A DNA stretch of 32,077 nucleotides from an uncultured Prolixibacteraceae bacterium (GCA_964550505.1 CAZJZP010000002.1:1-32077); one strand, 5' to 3'. Shown: positions 7,478 to 16,706, counted from the stretch's first letter. A program made the numbers and translations. Notes: generated from the sequence alone by a model not told the origin.

Positions 7478-8060
7478 GCTGCTCTGTTTTTTTATAATAT
7501 CGGCTCTTTTTATTTATGCTTGCGGAAATAATGAGACTTATACGCCAAAACCAATTGGTCATTTCAGAATTGCACTTCCTGAAAAAGAATATCAGCGTTT
7601 TGACTCTTCTTCTTTTCCTTATGCATTTGAATATCCAGTATATGCAGACATAGTGTTTGAACAGTCACCAGGGGCAAAAAAATATTGGTTGAATATTAAT
7701 TATCCTGATTATTTGGCTCAAATAAGTTTGACTTATCTCCCCGTTATGAATAATGTTGATACTTTATACAAATACACGGAAGATTCTTATAATTTTGTGA
7801 GTAAGCATATTCCAATGGCAAATGATATTGAACCAGATTTAATTAGGGATACACTAAATAATGTTTATGGTTTGAAATATAATATTGAAGGAAATGCAGC
7901 AGCTTCCCCTTTTCAGTTTTTTGTAACCGATAGTTGCCAGCATTTTATTCGCGCTTCTATGCATTTTTATGTTAGTCCGAATAATGATTCCTTATCACCA
8001 GTAATTGATTTTATCAAAGCTGACATGGATCACTTAATTAAAACGATTGAATGGAGGTAG
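7458..8060 (+). CDS. gldD: Gliding motility lipoprotein GldD
   Basis: It has a lipoprotein signal (LFIYAC-GNN), the conserved YTPKPIGHFRIALPEKEY segment after the Cys, and a 20-nt overlap with gldE. Confidence 0.75.
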   Translation: MTKTKIKLLCFFIISALFIYACGNNETYTPKPIGHFRIALPEKEYQRFDSSSFPYAFEYPVYADIVFEQSPGAKKYWLNINYPDYLAQISLTYLPVMNNVDTLYKYTEDSYNFVSKHIPMANDIEPDLIRDTLNNVYGLKYNIEGNAAASPFQFFVTDSCQHFIRASMHFYVSPNNDSLSPVIDFIKADMDHLIKTIEWR

Positions 8061-8061
8061 T

Positions 8062-9141
8062 TTATTCCTTTTTTCGGTTGATTTCTGCTTGAATTTTAAT
8101 GGATTCTTCATGGATTAATTGCAACAAAGAAAAAAGAAAGGACTTATCAATTCCCAAATTTTCTCCAATTTCAATTCTTTCTGATAAGATTTTTTTCCAT
8201 CGTTCCATCTGCAAAATGCTGATATTATTTTCTGCTTTAATTTCGCCCATTCTCTTAATAATTTCCATTCTTTGGGCTAATTGTTGAAGCAAAAGTTTAT
8301 CTGTTTCATCAATTTCAAGTCGTAATCTGTTTAATTGAGCCTGTAATTTTACATTTTTCTTTACTGGGATTTGAATATTCTTAAGCAATATTCGCAAATC
8401 ATTGGGACTTATTTGTTGTCGTGCGTCGGTAAGTGCTTTTTCTGCTTCAATATGGCTTTCAATCATTAATCCATCCATTTCTAAATCCATTGCCCACTGT
8501 GCTATTTCTGATATTAATTCGCTTTTCCCACAAATATGACTTACATCGCAAATAATGGGTAGGGAAGGAATTCTGCGTTTCAATTCAATAGGAATTTGCC
8601 AAAGCGGATTGTTGCGGTAATTGCTTTTATTGTAGGTGTAAAAACCTCTGTGAATAGCTGCAACATCCGTAATTCCTGCCCTGTAAACCCTTTCAATGGC
8701 TCCTATCCACAAATCAATGTCGGGATTCATCGGATTTTTAAGCATTACTTTGGCTTCAACTCCTCTTAAAGCTTCACTAATATCGTTAATAGAAAAAGGA
8801 TTAACAACAGTGCGAGAACCTATCCAAAAATTATTAATTCCATGTTTTAAGCAGATTTCCAAGTGGTTTGGGTTGGCAATTTCGGTGCAAACTGGCATGG
8901 AGAATGATGTTTGTATTTCAGAAAGCCAACGAACGGCTTCTTCTCCTTTTCCTTCAAAATTTGACATTCTAGTGCGCGGTTTCCACGCTCCGGCACGAAA
9001 AAAATCTACCGCTTTTATCTTTTTAATTGCAGAAGCTGTTGCTTGAAGCTGTTCCAGGCTTTCAGCACTACAAGGACCAGCAATAATAATTGGCTTTTTC
9101 TTTTTGGTTTCCCAGGTTGATTGTATTGCTATTTCTTTCAT
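8062..9141 (-). CDS. Bifunctional 3-deoxy-7-phosphoheptulonate (DAHP) synthase / chorismate mutase type II
   Basis: It has a type I-beta DAHP/KDO8P synthase core (PIIIAGPCSAES, FFRAGAWKPRT, ICDVSH) and a C-terminal CM-II helix bundle (LRLEIDETDKLLLQQLAQRMEIIKRMGEIK). The ATG at 9141 is preferred to the track's TTG at 9159. Confidence 0.9.
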   Translation of the reverse strand: MKEIAIQSTWETKKKKPIIIAGPCSAESLEQLQATASAIKKIKAVDFFRAGAWKPRTRMSNFEGKGEEAVRWLSEIQTSFSMPVCTEIANPNHLEICLKHGINNFWIGSRTVVNPFSINDISEALRGVEAKVMLKNPMNPDIDLWIGAIERVYRAGITDVAAIHRGFYTYNKSNYRNNPLWQIPIELKRRIPSLPIICDVSHICGKSELISEIAQWAMDLEMDGLMIESHIEAEKALTDARQQISPNDLRILLKNIQIPVKKNVKLQAQLNRLRLEIDETDKLLLQQLAQRMEIIKRMGEIKAENNISILQMERWKKILSERIEIGENLGIDKSFLFSLLQLIHEESIKIQAEINRKKE

Positions 9142-9170
9142 TTTTCTTATAAAATGCAAAAATAGTCAAA

Positions 9171-9746
9171 TTATTCGGCTATTGCTTTGTAATGATGTTC
9201 AATGTCAAATGCTGCCATTCTTTCTGTTTTGTAATAATGTTTTTTGTAATAAGCGCTTTTCAGGCTGTCATAACGTATCCCACCATTTAATGCCGCATGA
9301 ATAATGATTATGTCGTCTTCCAAAACTTCATACACAATTCCTACGTGAGTAACGCCGCTTCTGCTTTGTGTTCCAACAAAATACACTATGTCTCCCACTT
9401 GTATTAAACTGTCAGCTACTGTTCTGCCTGAATTTTCCATGTGTCTGGAACTATGCGAAATGCTGATGCCAATATGCGCAAACATAGTACTTACAAATCC
9501 GCTGCAATCAAAGCCAGAGCGACTTCTTCCAGCATAGCGATAAGGAACTCCTAAAAAACTATCTGCATAAAGCAACAACTCTTCTACAAGACTGTCCCGT
9601 TCTTTAATAAGTGCATCAAGGCTATCTTGGGGAATAAAAATGACTGTACCACAACTGTCAGAAACAATACTATCTTGTGTTTGCTGCGCAAAAACGAATG
9701 TTGATAATAACAGAAAAACACTGAATAATATTACAAAATGGCGCAT
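9171..9746 (-). CDS. Secreted NlpC/P60 (C40) family cell-wall peptidase
   Basis: A signal peptide ends FVFAQ. The catalytic motifs are GFDCSGFV (Cys) and THVGIV (His). Confidence 0.85.
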   Translation of the reverse strand: MRHFVILFSVFLLLSTFVFAQQTQDSIVSDSCGTVIFIPQDSLDALIKERDSLVEELLLYADSFLGVPYRYAGRSRSGFDCSGFVSTMFAHIGISISHSSRHMENSGRTVADSLIQVGDIVYFVGTQSRSGVTHVGIVYEVLEDDIIIIHAALNGGIRYDSLKSAYYKKHYYKTERMAAFDIEHHYKAIAE

Positions 9747-9765
9747 TTTATTAAGTTTTCTATAT

Positions 9766-9773
9766 CAAAAATA
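9766..9773 (-). promoter_or_regulatory. Candidate -7 box TATTTTTG for the NlpC/P60-DAHP synthase transcription unit
   Basis: The plus strand reads CAAAAATA at 9766-9773, 20 nt upstream of the ATG at 9746. Confidence 0.35.
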
Positions 9774-9914
9774 CGGAAAGTTTTTCAATAAAAAGGAAAA
9801 CTACAATAAAATTCCTGTTTATATTTCCATTTTTAAAAAAGAAAACCGTATTTTGACAGAAAAATGATAGCTATTTGAAAAAGCTTTTGCATTTTTGTTT
9901 TTTAATTATCTCAG

Positions 9915-10508
9915 ATGATAGAATGTAAAAACATACAATTGACTTTTGATGCTGTTACAATAATAGATTCCTTAAGTTTTTTCATTAAAGAAAAACAAAA
10001 AGCTTGTGTTGTTGGTGAATCAGGGAAAGGAAAATCTTCAGTATTAAAAATCTTACAAGCTTATCTTCAGCCTTCAGCAGGTGAGGTATATATAAACAAT
10101 GAAAAACTTACGGTAAAGAATATTGATGAAATTCGTAAAAATATTGTATGGATTCCTCAAAACTTCAATTTGCCGGTGGAAAAAGGAATTGATTTGTTGA
10201 AATTAATGCAATTGCAGCAAAATTTAAAGAAAGCAGAGGCAATTCTTCCTGAATTAGGTCTGGAAAAGCTGTATTTACATAAAAATTTTAATGAAATAAG
10301 TGGAGGACAAAAGCAGCGGGTTATAATAGCTATTTGCTTGAGTATTCCTTGTAAAATACTTTTAATGGATGAACCAACATCTTCATTGGATGAAACAGCT
10401 ATTGATTTACTATTGAGAAAAATAAATAGTTTAGAAGATACAACGGTATTATCAGCATCTCATAATGCATCTTGGATCAATAAAACAGAAAAAATTATTG
10501 AATTATGA
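9915..10508 (+). CDS. fetA: ABC transporter ATP-binding protein, FetA/YbbL-like (short form)
   Basis: Motifs seen: Walker A GESGKGKSS, signature ISGGQKQR, Walker B ILLMDEPTSSLD, H-loop SASHN. An ATGA overlap links it to the YbbM-type permease. Confidence 0.8.
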   Translation: MIECKNIQLTFDAVTIIDSLSFFIKEKQKACVVGESGKGKSSVLKILQAYLQPSAGEVYINNEKLTVKNIDEIRKNIVWIPQNFNLPVEKGIDLLKLMQLQQNLKKAEAILPELGLEKLYLHKNFNEISGGQKQRVIIAICLSIPCKILLMDEPTSSLDETAIDLLLRKINSLEDTTVLSASHNASWINKTEKIIEL

Positions 10509-11311
10509 AGGAAATAACAGATATCAGCATTATTGATTTGGCAATCGGTTTTTCTGCCTTGTTGATACCTTTGTTTTTCTTCTGGTATTATCGCATAGGG
10601 ATTATTAAGGAAACGCTTATCAGCGTTGCCCGAATGGTAATTCAATTATCTTTAGTTGCAGTATATTTAGAATGGATTTTCAAGCAAAATAATGCTTATC
10701 TAAATTCTCTTTGGGTGCTGATAATGATAGTGGTTTCCGTATTTACTATTATGAAACGCGTAAAATTACGCTGGAAAAGATTTCTAATCCCTTTGTTATC
10801 CGCCTCAATAATAGCGGTTTTAATTGTTGATAGTTTTTTTCTGGGTGTTGTAATACGACTAGAATATGTGTTTGACGCCAGGTATTTTGTTCCTATTACA
10901 GGAATGATTTTAGGAAATGCCTTAGGTCATACAGTTGTAGGATTAGATACTTACTTTAATGGATTAAAAGAAAAAGCTGATTTATATTATTTTTTATTAA
11001 GTAATACTGCAAATCGTAAATTAGCCATTCGTTCCTATATTGCTGAAGCAATAAAAAAAGGATTAAACCCCTTAATTGCAACAACTTCTGTAATGGGATT
11101 AATTTCTCTTCCAGGGATGATGACAGGTCAAATTTTGGGAGGAAGCTCCCCTGCTGTTGCTATAAAATATCAAATAATGATTATGTTGGCAATTTTTGTG
11201 GGCTGCACTATAAATTTGGTTGCTAGTATCTTTTTTTCTAATTTCTTTATATTTGACGCCTATGGTGTTTTAAAGAAAAAGCTGATGAAGGAAGGAAAGC
11301 AAAAAAAATAA
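10505..11311 (+). CDS. fetB: ABC transporter permease, FetB/YbbM (UPF0014) family, putative iron/metal exporter
   Basis: This is a multi-TM protein. The ARMVIQLSLVAVYLEWIF, PITGMILGNA and LPGMMTGQILGG motifs are typical of the YbbM family. Confidence 0.8.
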   Translation: MKEITDISIIDLAIGFSALLIPLFFFWYYRIGIIKETLISVARMVIQLSLVAVYLEWIFKQNNAYLNSLWVLIMIVVSVFTIMKRVKLRWKRFLIPLLSASIIAVLIVDSFFLGVVIRLEYVFDARYFVPITGMILGNALGHTVVGLDTYFNGLKEKADLYYFLLSNTANRKLAIRSYIAEAIKKGLNPLIATTSVMGLISLPGMMTGQILGGSSPAVAIKYQIMIMLAIFVGCTINLVASIFFSNFFIFDAYGVLKKKLMKEGKQKK

Positions 11312-11312
11312 T

Positions 11313-12437
11313 TTATTCTATAAAGGAATCAATATGTGTTGAGTAGCTCATATACAATAGAATATCTGGTTTTACGCTTTCAATAAGATTTTTGTCTAGT
11401 TTATATTTCCATGCATCAAAAATAAATACGCTTTCAGAAAAACATTCTTTTAGAAATGGAATGAGCTGTGCCCCAAACGAATCGCGGATAACCAATATTC
11501 TTAAACCGTTTTCCATATCTGTTTGCATATATCTGTTTTCATAATCCCAAGCATACGCAAATCCTTCGGGAGCTTCAAAGCCATAGCGCGGAAAGGCAAC
11601 TGCTTTTTCATGAGAAATGATTGGGAAGGCATCTTTTTCTTGAAGATTGTCAATTCCCAGTACATTATAATGTATGCCTTTTTGTAAAACACTATCCTTC
11701 CATTTATAATTTGGAACTGCAGGAATTTTTTGCTTTGGAAAGTCTTTTTGAATGTGTTCTACAAGAATTTTTGAAACTATTTCTCCTGCTTTCAAATTCC
11801 AATGATTATCTAATTGATAATATAGTTTGTGGTTCTTTTTCTGCTCTAATAATTCGTTTAGCGGATTGATGATTAATCGAGGGAAATCTTGCTCTAGATG
11901 TTTTTGTAGTTTTTGGGTTCGGCTTTCTTTATTTCCTTTAAAAATGGTGTGTGGCAGATATTCCGAATACACTTCATGTTTGAAAGGACAAATAAGCCAG
12001 TAAGTTTTTATTTTTAAGGAATCGGTGTAAGCAATTCTCTTTTCCCATTCTTCTGTAAACGCATTTAATTCTTTTTCAGAAAAACTTTTTCTTCCTTCAA
12101 AAATTTCAACTTCCTTTCCAGCTAAAAAATACCAATTTTTTGTTCCAATTATTGTTTGATCAGGATGAGGTGAAATTTTAAAATAATGGAAAGCAATATA
12201 GTGATAGATATCTAAAAGAGGAGTTCGAAAAGAAAAATTATCCTTGATGTATTCTTCACAATCTCCAGGGAATTTATCCAATTTTTTACAATTGATTTCT
12301 AAGGAATCTTTAAAACTTCTGTTTTCGTCTTTTCTTTCTGTTGTGTAAAAACCAAAAAAGCTATTTGCAAGCGGAAGAGATATCAGCAGTATGAAGAAAA
12401 TAAGGAGTTGATATTTTTGGTAAGCAGCTTTTTTCAT
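11313..12437 (-). CDS. AlgX/AlgJ-like (SGNH-like) O-acetyltransferase accessory protein, membrane-anchored periplasmic
   Basis: It has an N-terminal signal anchor, a DNHWN motif (YYQLDNHWNLKAG) and an IRDSF motif. It lies directly downstream of an MBOAT gene, the same arrangement as AlgI/AlgJ and PatA/PatB. Confidence 0.65.
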   Translation of the reverse strand: MKKAAYQKYQLLIFFILLISLPLANSFFGFYTTERKDENRSFKDSLEINCKKLDKFPGDCEEYIKDNFSFRTPLLDIYHYIAFHYFKISPHPDQTIIGTKNWYFLAGKEVEIFEGRKSFSEKELNAFTEEWEKRIAYTDSLKIKTYWLICPFKHEVYSEYLPHTIFKGNKESRTQKLQKHLEQDFPRLIINPLNELLEQKKNHKLYYQLDNHWNLKAGEIVSKILVEHIQKDFPKQKIPAVPNYKWKDSVLQKGIHYNVLGIDNLQEKDAFPIISHEKAVAFPRYGFEAPEGFAYAWDYENRYMQTDMENGLRILVIRDSFGAQLIPFLKECFSESVFIFDAWKYKLDKNLIESVKPDILLYMSYSTHIDSFIE

Positions 12438-12440
12438 TAT

Positions 12441-13859
12441 TTAAAATCTAAAATAGATAAAAGGATTATAAGAACCTGAATTTATATACATTACAGAATA
12501 AAGAAACATAAAAAGCAAAGCAATATTTTCTATGCTAATACTCAAAAAGGCAAAACGACTTTGATGCAAACGGAGTATTAGCTTTTTGAATCTCTTCATT
12601 AGCAAAGTGCTTGATATTGCTGCCATAGAAAGAATAATAATCCGCTCAGTGTTTAATATATGAACAAATTGATAACTCCCATCTGCCTGAAAACTAAAAA
12701 GTTTTCCCACATATTGAAAAGCATCGGGGAGATATTCTATCCTGAAAAAGACCCAGCCAATAATAACCACTAGTATTGTATAAGTCCAACTGAAAAAATT
12801 CGGGATTCTTCCCAAGATTTTTTTAAAGCCAATTCGCTCAATTATTAAAAACAAGCCATGGAAAGCACCCCAAAAAACAAAACTCCAAGTAGCTCCATGC
12901 CAAAATCCGGTTAAAAGAAAAACGATAAGTAAATTGATGTATGTTCTTTTAATGCCTTTGCGATTTCCACCTAAGGGAATATAAACATAGTCGCGAAACC
13001 AAGTGGATAATGAGATATGCCATCTTCGCCAAAACTCTTGTATGCTTTTCGAAATATACGGGAAATTGAAGTTTTCTAAAATTCTAAAACCGAATATTCG
13101 TCCCAAACCTATTGCCATATCTGAATACCCAGAAAAATCAAAATATATCTGAAAACTGTATGCAATAATGCCCAACCATGCAACCGGAGAAGAGAGATTG
13201 TCAATATTCATGTCCATTATATTGTCGGCGATAACAGCACAAGTATTGGCGAAAATCACTTTTTTAAACAAGCCTAAAATAAATCTTCTAATTCCAGATT
13301 GCATTACAGAAAGGTTTTCTTTTCTGTCTCTAATTTGCTGGATAATATCTTTGTATCTTACAATAGGTCCAGCAATAAGTTGAGGAAAGAAACTGATATA
13401 TAAAGCAGTCTCCAGAAAGCGGATTTTTTTGTTTTCTGGATTTCTATATGTGTCCCAAAGCAAAGACATTTGTTGGAAGGTAAAAAAGGAAATTCCCAGG
13501 GGTAGAATAATATTTAAACTATCCAAGCCTTGATAAGTGGAGGAGAAAAACCGTGTTAAAACATTGATATTCTCGATAAAAAAGTCTAAATATTTAAAAC
13601 TAACAATCAGCGAAATGTTAAAAATCAAACCGATTATCAGCCATTTCCTTTTCTTCGTTTTATTAATTCTTCGGGCAAAAAAGAAATTAAACAATAATGA
13701 AAGGATTAGGATAATGGTATAACTTACACCTCCCCAAGCATAAAAAACAAGGCTAAAAATAAGCAATAAAGAATTTCGTGCTTTTCGTGGGGATAGGTAA
13801 TAGATTAGCAGTATTGCTGGTAAAAAATAAAAAAGGAAAACAAGACTACTAAAAAGCAT
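12441..13859 (-). CDS. MBOAT family O-acyltransferase (AlgI/DltB/PatA-like)
   Basis: 472 aa and polytopic, with FWRRWHISLSTWFRDYVYIPLGGNR including the invariant MBOAT His. Confidence 0.9.
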   Translation of the reverse strand: MLFSSLVFLFYFLPAILLIYYLSPRKARNSLLLIFSLVFYAWGGVSYTIILILSLLFNFFFARRINKTKKRKWLIIGLIFNISLIVSFKYLDFFIENINVLTRFFSSTYQGLDSLNIILPLGISFFTFQQMSLLWDTYRNPENKKIRFLETALYISFFPQLIAGPIVRYKDIIQQIRDRKENLSVMQSGIRRFILGLFKKVIFANTCAVIADNIMDMNIDNLSSPVAWLGIIAYSFQIYFDFSGYSDMAIGLGRIFGFRILENFNFPYISKSIQEFWRRWHISLSTWFRDYVYIPLGGNRKGIKRTYINLLIVFLLTGFWHGATWSFVFWGAFHGLFLIIERIGFKKILGRIPNFFSWTYTILVVIIGWVFFRIEYLPDAFQYVGKLFSFQADGSYQFVHILNTERIIILSMAAISSTLLMKRFKKLILRLHQSRFAFLSISIENIALLFMFLYSVMYINSGSYNPFIYFRF

Positions 13860-13882
13860 TATGCGTTAATTAAAAATAAACA

Positions 13883-13890
13883 CAAAAGTA
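13883..13890 (-). promoter_or_regulatory. Candidate -7 box TACTTTTG for the MBOAT operon
   Basis: The plus strand reads CAAAAGTA at 13883-13890, 24 nt upstream of the ATG at 13859. Confidence 0.35.
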
Positions 13891-13975
13891 AAAAGTTTTT
13901 TTACAAAAAAAATCTATGTGATTATTTGGACATAATAAATTCGGATTTAGACTAAGCAGAAATCAAAAAATCTGC

Positions 13976-13983
13976 TATTTTTG
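13976..13983 (+). promoter_or_regulatory. Candidate -7 box TATTTTTG for the 14006-17964 operon
   Basis: TAnnTTTG lies 23 nt upstream of the ATG at 14006 and is preceded by a short inverted repeat, GCAGA-N10-TCTGC (13956-13975). Confidence 0.4.
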
Positions 13984-14005
13984 CATAAAACAAATACGTA
14001 TTTGT

Positions 14006-15310
14006 ATGAAACGACATCTTTTCATTCTTTTTTTAGCTGCATTAATTTCTCCATTGGCTTTTGCTCAAGAAGTACATCCTAATGTTGGTGTTTCAGCAGG
14101 AGATGAAAACCTGGGTGTAGAAATCACCATGATAGCTAAAATTCAAAATTATTCTAATAAGGCAGATAATGTTTATGTAATCAAAGAAACAGATATTAAT
14201 TCCCCAAAATCTGTAGTTTTTTTGGAAGAAAAACAAAAATTTTACGTTCACAGTCTAGAAGGTTATACTACAACAGTGTTTGATATCAATACCTTTAAAA
14301 AGAAGAAATCCATTATTCATAGTTTTACAACAGCAGATGATTCGTTGTTTCAGGAAACGACCGTTTTGAATTATTCTTTTTTGCAAGCTAGATCCAAACC
14401 CAATGTTTTTAAAGGAAAGCCTGTGGAATCTTGTTTATCACACAATGGAAAGTATTTGTGGGTAACTTATTATCGAAGAAGTTATGACCCAAACGCAATA
14501 GAACCTTCTGCCGTGGCTATTATCGATACAGATTTGGACGAAATTGTTAGGGTTATGCCAACAGGTCCTTTACCAAAGATGATTGCCTGTTCTCCTGATA
14601 ACAAGTATGTTGCTGTTACTCATTGGGGAGATAATACTGTTGGTATTATTGATGTTTCTTCAGATAATGTAAAAGAATTTAGCTTTATTAAACATTTGGT
14701 TGTAGGTTATAAAGCTTCCTTCACAGCAGAAGACGGGAAAACTCCAGTAAACAGAGATTCTCAATGTGGATACTGTTTAAGAGGAACTTGTTTTACAACA
14801 GATAACAAACACTTATTGGTTGGAAGAATGGGAGGAGGTGGAATTGCTGTTTTCAAAACAGATGATTTTAGCTATTTAAAAACTGTTTATGGAATGAAAA
14901 CCAATGTTCGGCATTTGGTGGCAACAGATAATTACCTGTATTTAAGTAGTAACAAAACAGGCTATGTGCAGAAAACACCTATAAATGATTTTATTGAGTT
15001 TGCCTATCAAGAAAACGATACTAAAGCACATTATACTAATTGGAGTAGTTGTTATGCTGGCATTGGAGCACGTACAATTGAAGTTACAGCTGATGAAAAA
15101 TACATTTTTGTTGCTGTTAATAATCAAAGTAAAATTGTTGTTATTAGAGCAAAAGATATGAAAAAAATCACAGAACTTAAAGCAGATTCTTATCCTGTAG
15201 GATTAGCATATTGTGACAAGAGAAACTTGCTAATTTCTACTTCTCAAGGAAGAGCAAACCAAGGAGGGGGAAATTGCGTGAATGTTTTTAATATTCAGAT
15301 ATTTAATTAA
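14006..15310 (+). CDS. Secreted YncE/YVTN-like beta-propeller repeat protein
   Basis: A signal peptide ends LAFAQ. Propeller-blade-like segments recur (YLWVTYY, YVAVTHWGDNTVGIIDV, HLLVGRMGGGGIAVF, YIFVAVNNQSKIVVI, PVGLAY). Confidence 0.6.
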   Translation: MKRHLFILFLAALISPLAFAQEVHPNVGVSAGDENLGVEITMIAKIQNYSNKADNVYVIKETDINSPKSVVFLEEKQKFYVHSLEGYTTTVFDINTFKKKKSIIHSFTTADDSLFQETTVLNYSFLQARSKPNVFKGKPVESCLSHNGKYLWVTYYRRSYDPNAIEPSAVAIIDTDLDEIVRVMPTGPLPKMIACSPDNKYVAVTHWGDNTVGIIDVSSDNVKEFSFIKHLVVGYKASFTAEDGKTPVNRDSQCGYCLRGTCFTTDNKHLLVGRMGGGGIAVFKTDDFSYLKTVYGMKTNVRHLVATDNYLYLSSNKTGYVQKTPINDFIEFAYQENDTKAHYTNWSSCYAGIGARTIEVTADEKYIFVAVNNQSKIVVIRAKDMKKITELKADSYPVGLAYCDKRNLLISTSQGRANQGGGNCVNVFNIQIFN

Positions 15311-15327
15311 TTACTAAAACAACTAAT

Positions 15328-16704
15328 GTGAAACACTATCTTCTATTCCTTTTTCTGTGGGTTTTTTATCAATCGCCAGCACAAGATACTATTACTGTAT
15401 TTGACCCTCTTGAAAACATCTATCAAGAAGCACAAATAATGCATGACGGTCGCTATGAATTGGAAGACAGCGAGAGTAATTTGCTGATAAAATATCGATT
15501 CAAAGATCAAATGCTGCATGGGAAATATCTATCCTATATTAATGGGAAGAAAAACGCAAAAGGAAGATATAAAGAAGGGAAAAGAATTGGCAAGTGGAAA
15601 TTGTTTAATGAAAAAAACAAAAGAAAGCTACTAAGAAGTTATGAAGACTTTGATTATACTACTAAAATGCTTCGCTTGCCAAAGGGTGAAAAAGTGATAA
15701 GATGGGGTAAAGGGAGTTTTGAATGCGGATTATATTATTTTTCATATGCTTATCCTTTGCTTGACACTTCTTATTTTGAAGAAGCACTTAAAAGCACTCA
15801 ACAATATAGCAAAGGGAAAAAAACCGGAAAATGGACGGAAAAAACGAACAATGGAAGGCTGTTATATGAAGCTAGTTTTTCGGAAGGGAAATACCACGGT
15901 TCAGTGATGCACTATGATAAAAATGGCGAATTAATTGAAAAAAAATCCTTTTCTTTTGCGAAGCCAATAGATATTTGGGAAATAAAGGAAAATGATGAAT
16001 GGTATATTTCCGATTATCGTAACAAAGAACTAAAAGACAAACCTATTGACTTATATTATCCTACTAAAAACGAAATAATCAGTAATTACCCCTGTTTTAG
16101 CGTGTATTTTGGTGAAGATCTCAATTTCTTTCAATTCTATTATCAAGAAGATAGTTTGGTGGATTTTTTTAATATGCTAGAAATTTTGTATCAAAACAAT
16201 GCTATTTCTGCTTACGATGACCCTCTTTTAGAGAAAGAATATATCTTGAACCATCAGCAAATGTTCTTACATGGTTTTTCTTTTTCTGAGAAAGTAAAAT
16301 TTAGACCTTATGCTCTCATTTTGAGTGAAAATTATATTTTTGAGAAGCAGTATAACACAATGCTTCCTCAAATTCTTTCATTTAGTGTTGTTTTGCAATA
16401 CCAAATAAAAGGTTCAGATAGTGTTGCCTATAAACTTAGTCCTTGGTTTTATTATCCAGAACTTCAAAAAGCTATGATGGCTATTAGTATGGAGAACAAA
16501 ACAAATTTGCATAGCTTATTGTATGAGAAAAAATTGCCCTCGTATTTGTATTTAAAAAAATCAACCAAATATTCTGAAAAAGCCTATTTAGACCCTGTTT
16601 TCTTAATTAAATCAGCAGTGAATGATAACAAGGAAAACCGTTTGTTGTTGATTGAAAACGAACATTTTTGGTGGTATCCTTATGTAAAAATTAAAGCAGA
16701 GTAA
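15328..16704 (+). CDS. Secreted fusion protein: N-terminal MORN-variant (YwqK-type) repeats plus a C-terminal GldN-like domain
   Basis: A GTG start gives the signal peptide MKHYLLFLFLWVFYQSPAQ. MORN-variant repeats are HGKYLSYINGKKNAKGRYKEGKRIGKWKLF and GKKTGKWTEKTNNGRLLYEASFSEGKYHGSVMHYDKNGEL. The C-terminal half has segments I recognise from GldN: AISAYDD, ENYIFEKQYNTMLPQILSF, PWFYYPELQ, LLYEKKLPSYLYLKKS, and ENEHFWW near the C-terminus. Confidence 0.55.
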   Translation: MKHYLLFLFLWVFYQSPAQDTITVFDPLENIYQEAQIMHDGRYELEDSESNLLIKYRFKDQMLHGKYLSYINGKKNAKGRYKEGKRIGKWKLFNEKNKRKLLRSYEDFDYTTKMLRLPKGEKVIRWGKGSFECGLYYFSYAYPLLDTSYFEEALKSTQQYSKGKKTGKWTEKTNNGRLLYEASFSEGKYHGSVMHYDKNGELIEKKSFSFAKPIDIWEIKENDEWYISDYRNKELKDKPIDLYYPTKNEIISNYPCFSVYFGEDLNFFQFYYQEDSLVDFFNMLEILYQNNAISAYDDPLLEKEYILNHQQMFLHGFSFSEKVKFRPYALILSENYIFEKQYNTMLPQILSFSVVLQYQIKGSDSVAYKLSPWFYYPELQKAMMAISMENKTNLHSLLYEKKLPSYLYLKKSTKYSEKAYLDPVFLIKSAVNDNKENRLLLIENEHFWWYPYVKIKAE

Positions 16705-16706
16705 GA

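Noticed and set aside
9104-9304. Track ORFs bridge gene boundaries or intergenic DNA at 9104-9304, 9640-9867, 20182-20451, 23381-23569 and 28395-28637.
   Set aside because: They overlap the ends of well-supported genes on the opposite strand and run through promoter regions. Their sequences are Cys/Phe/Leu-rich nonsense with no recognisable domain.
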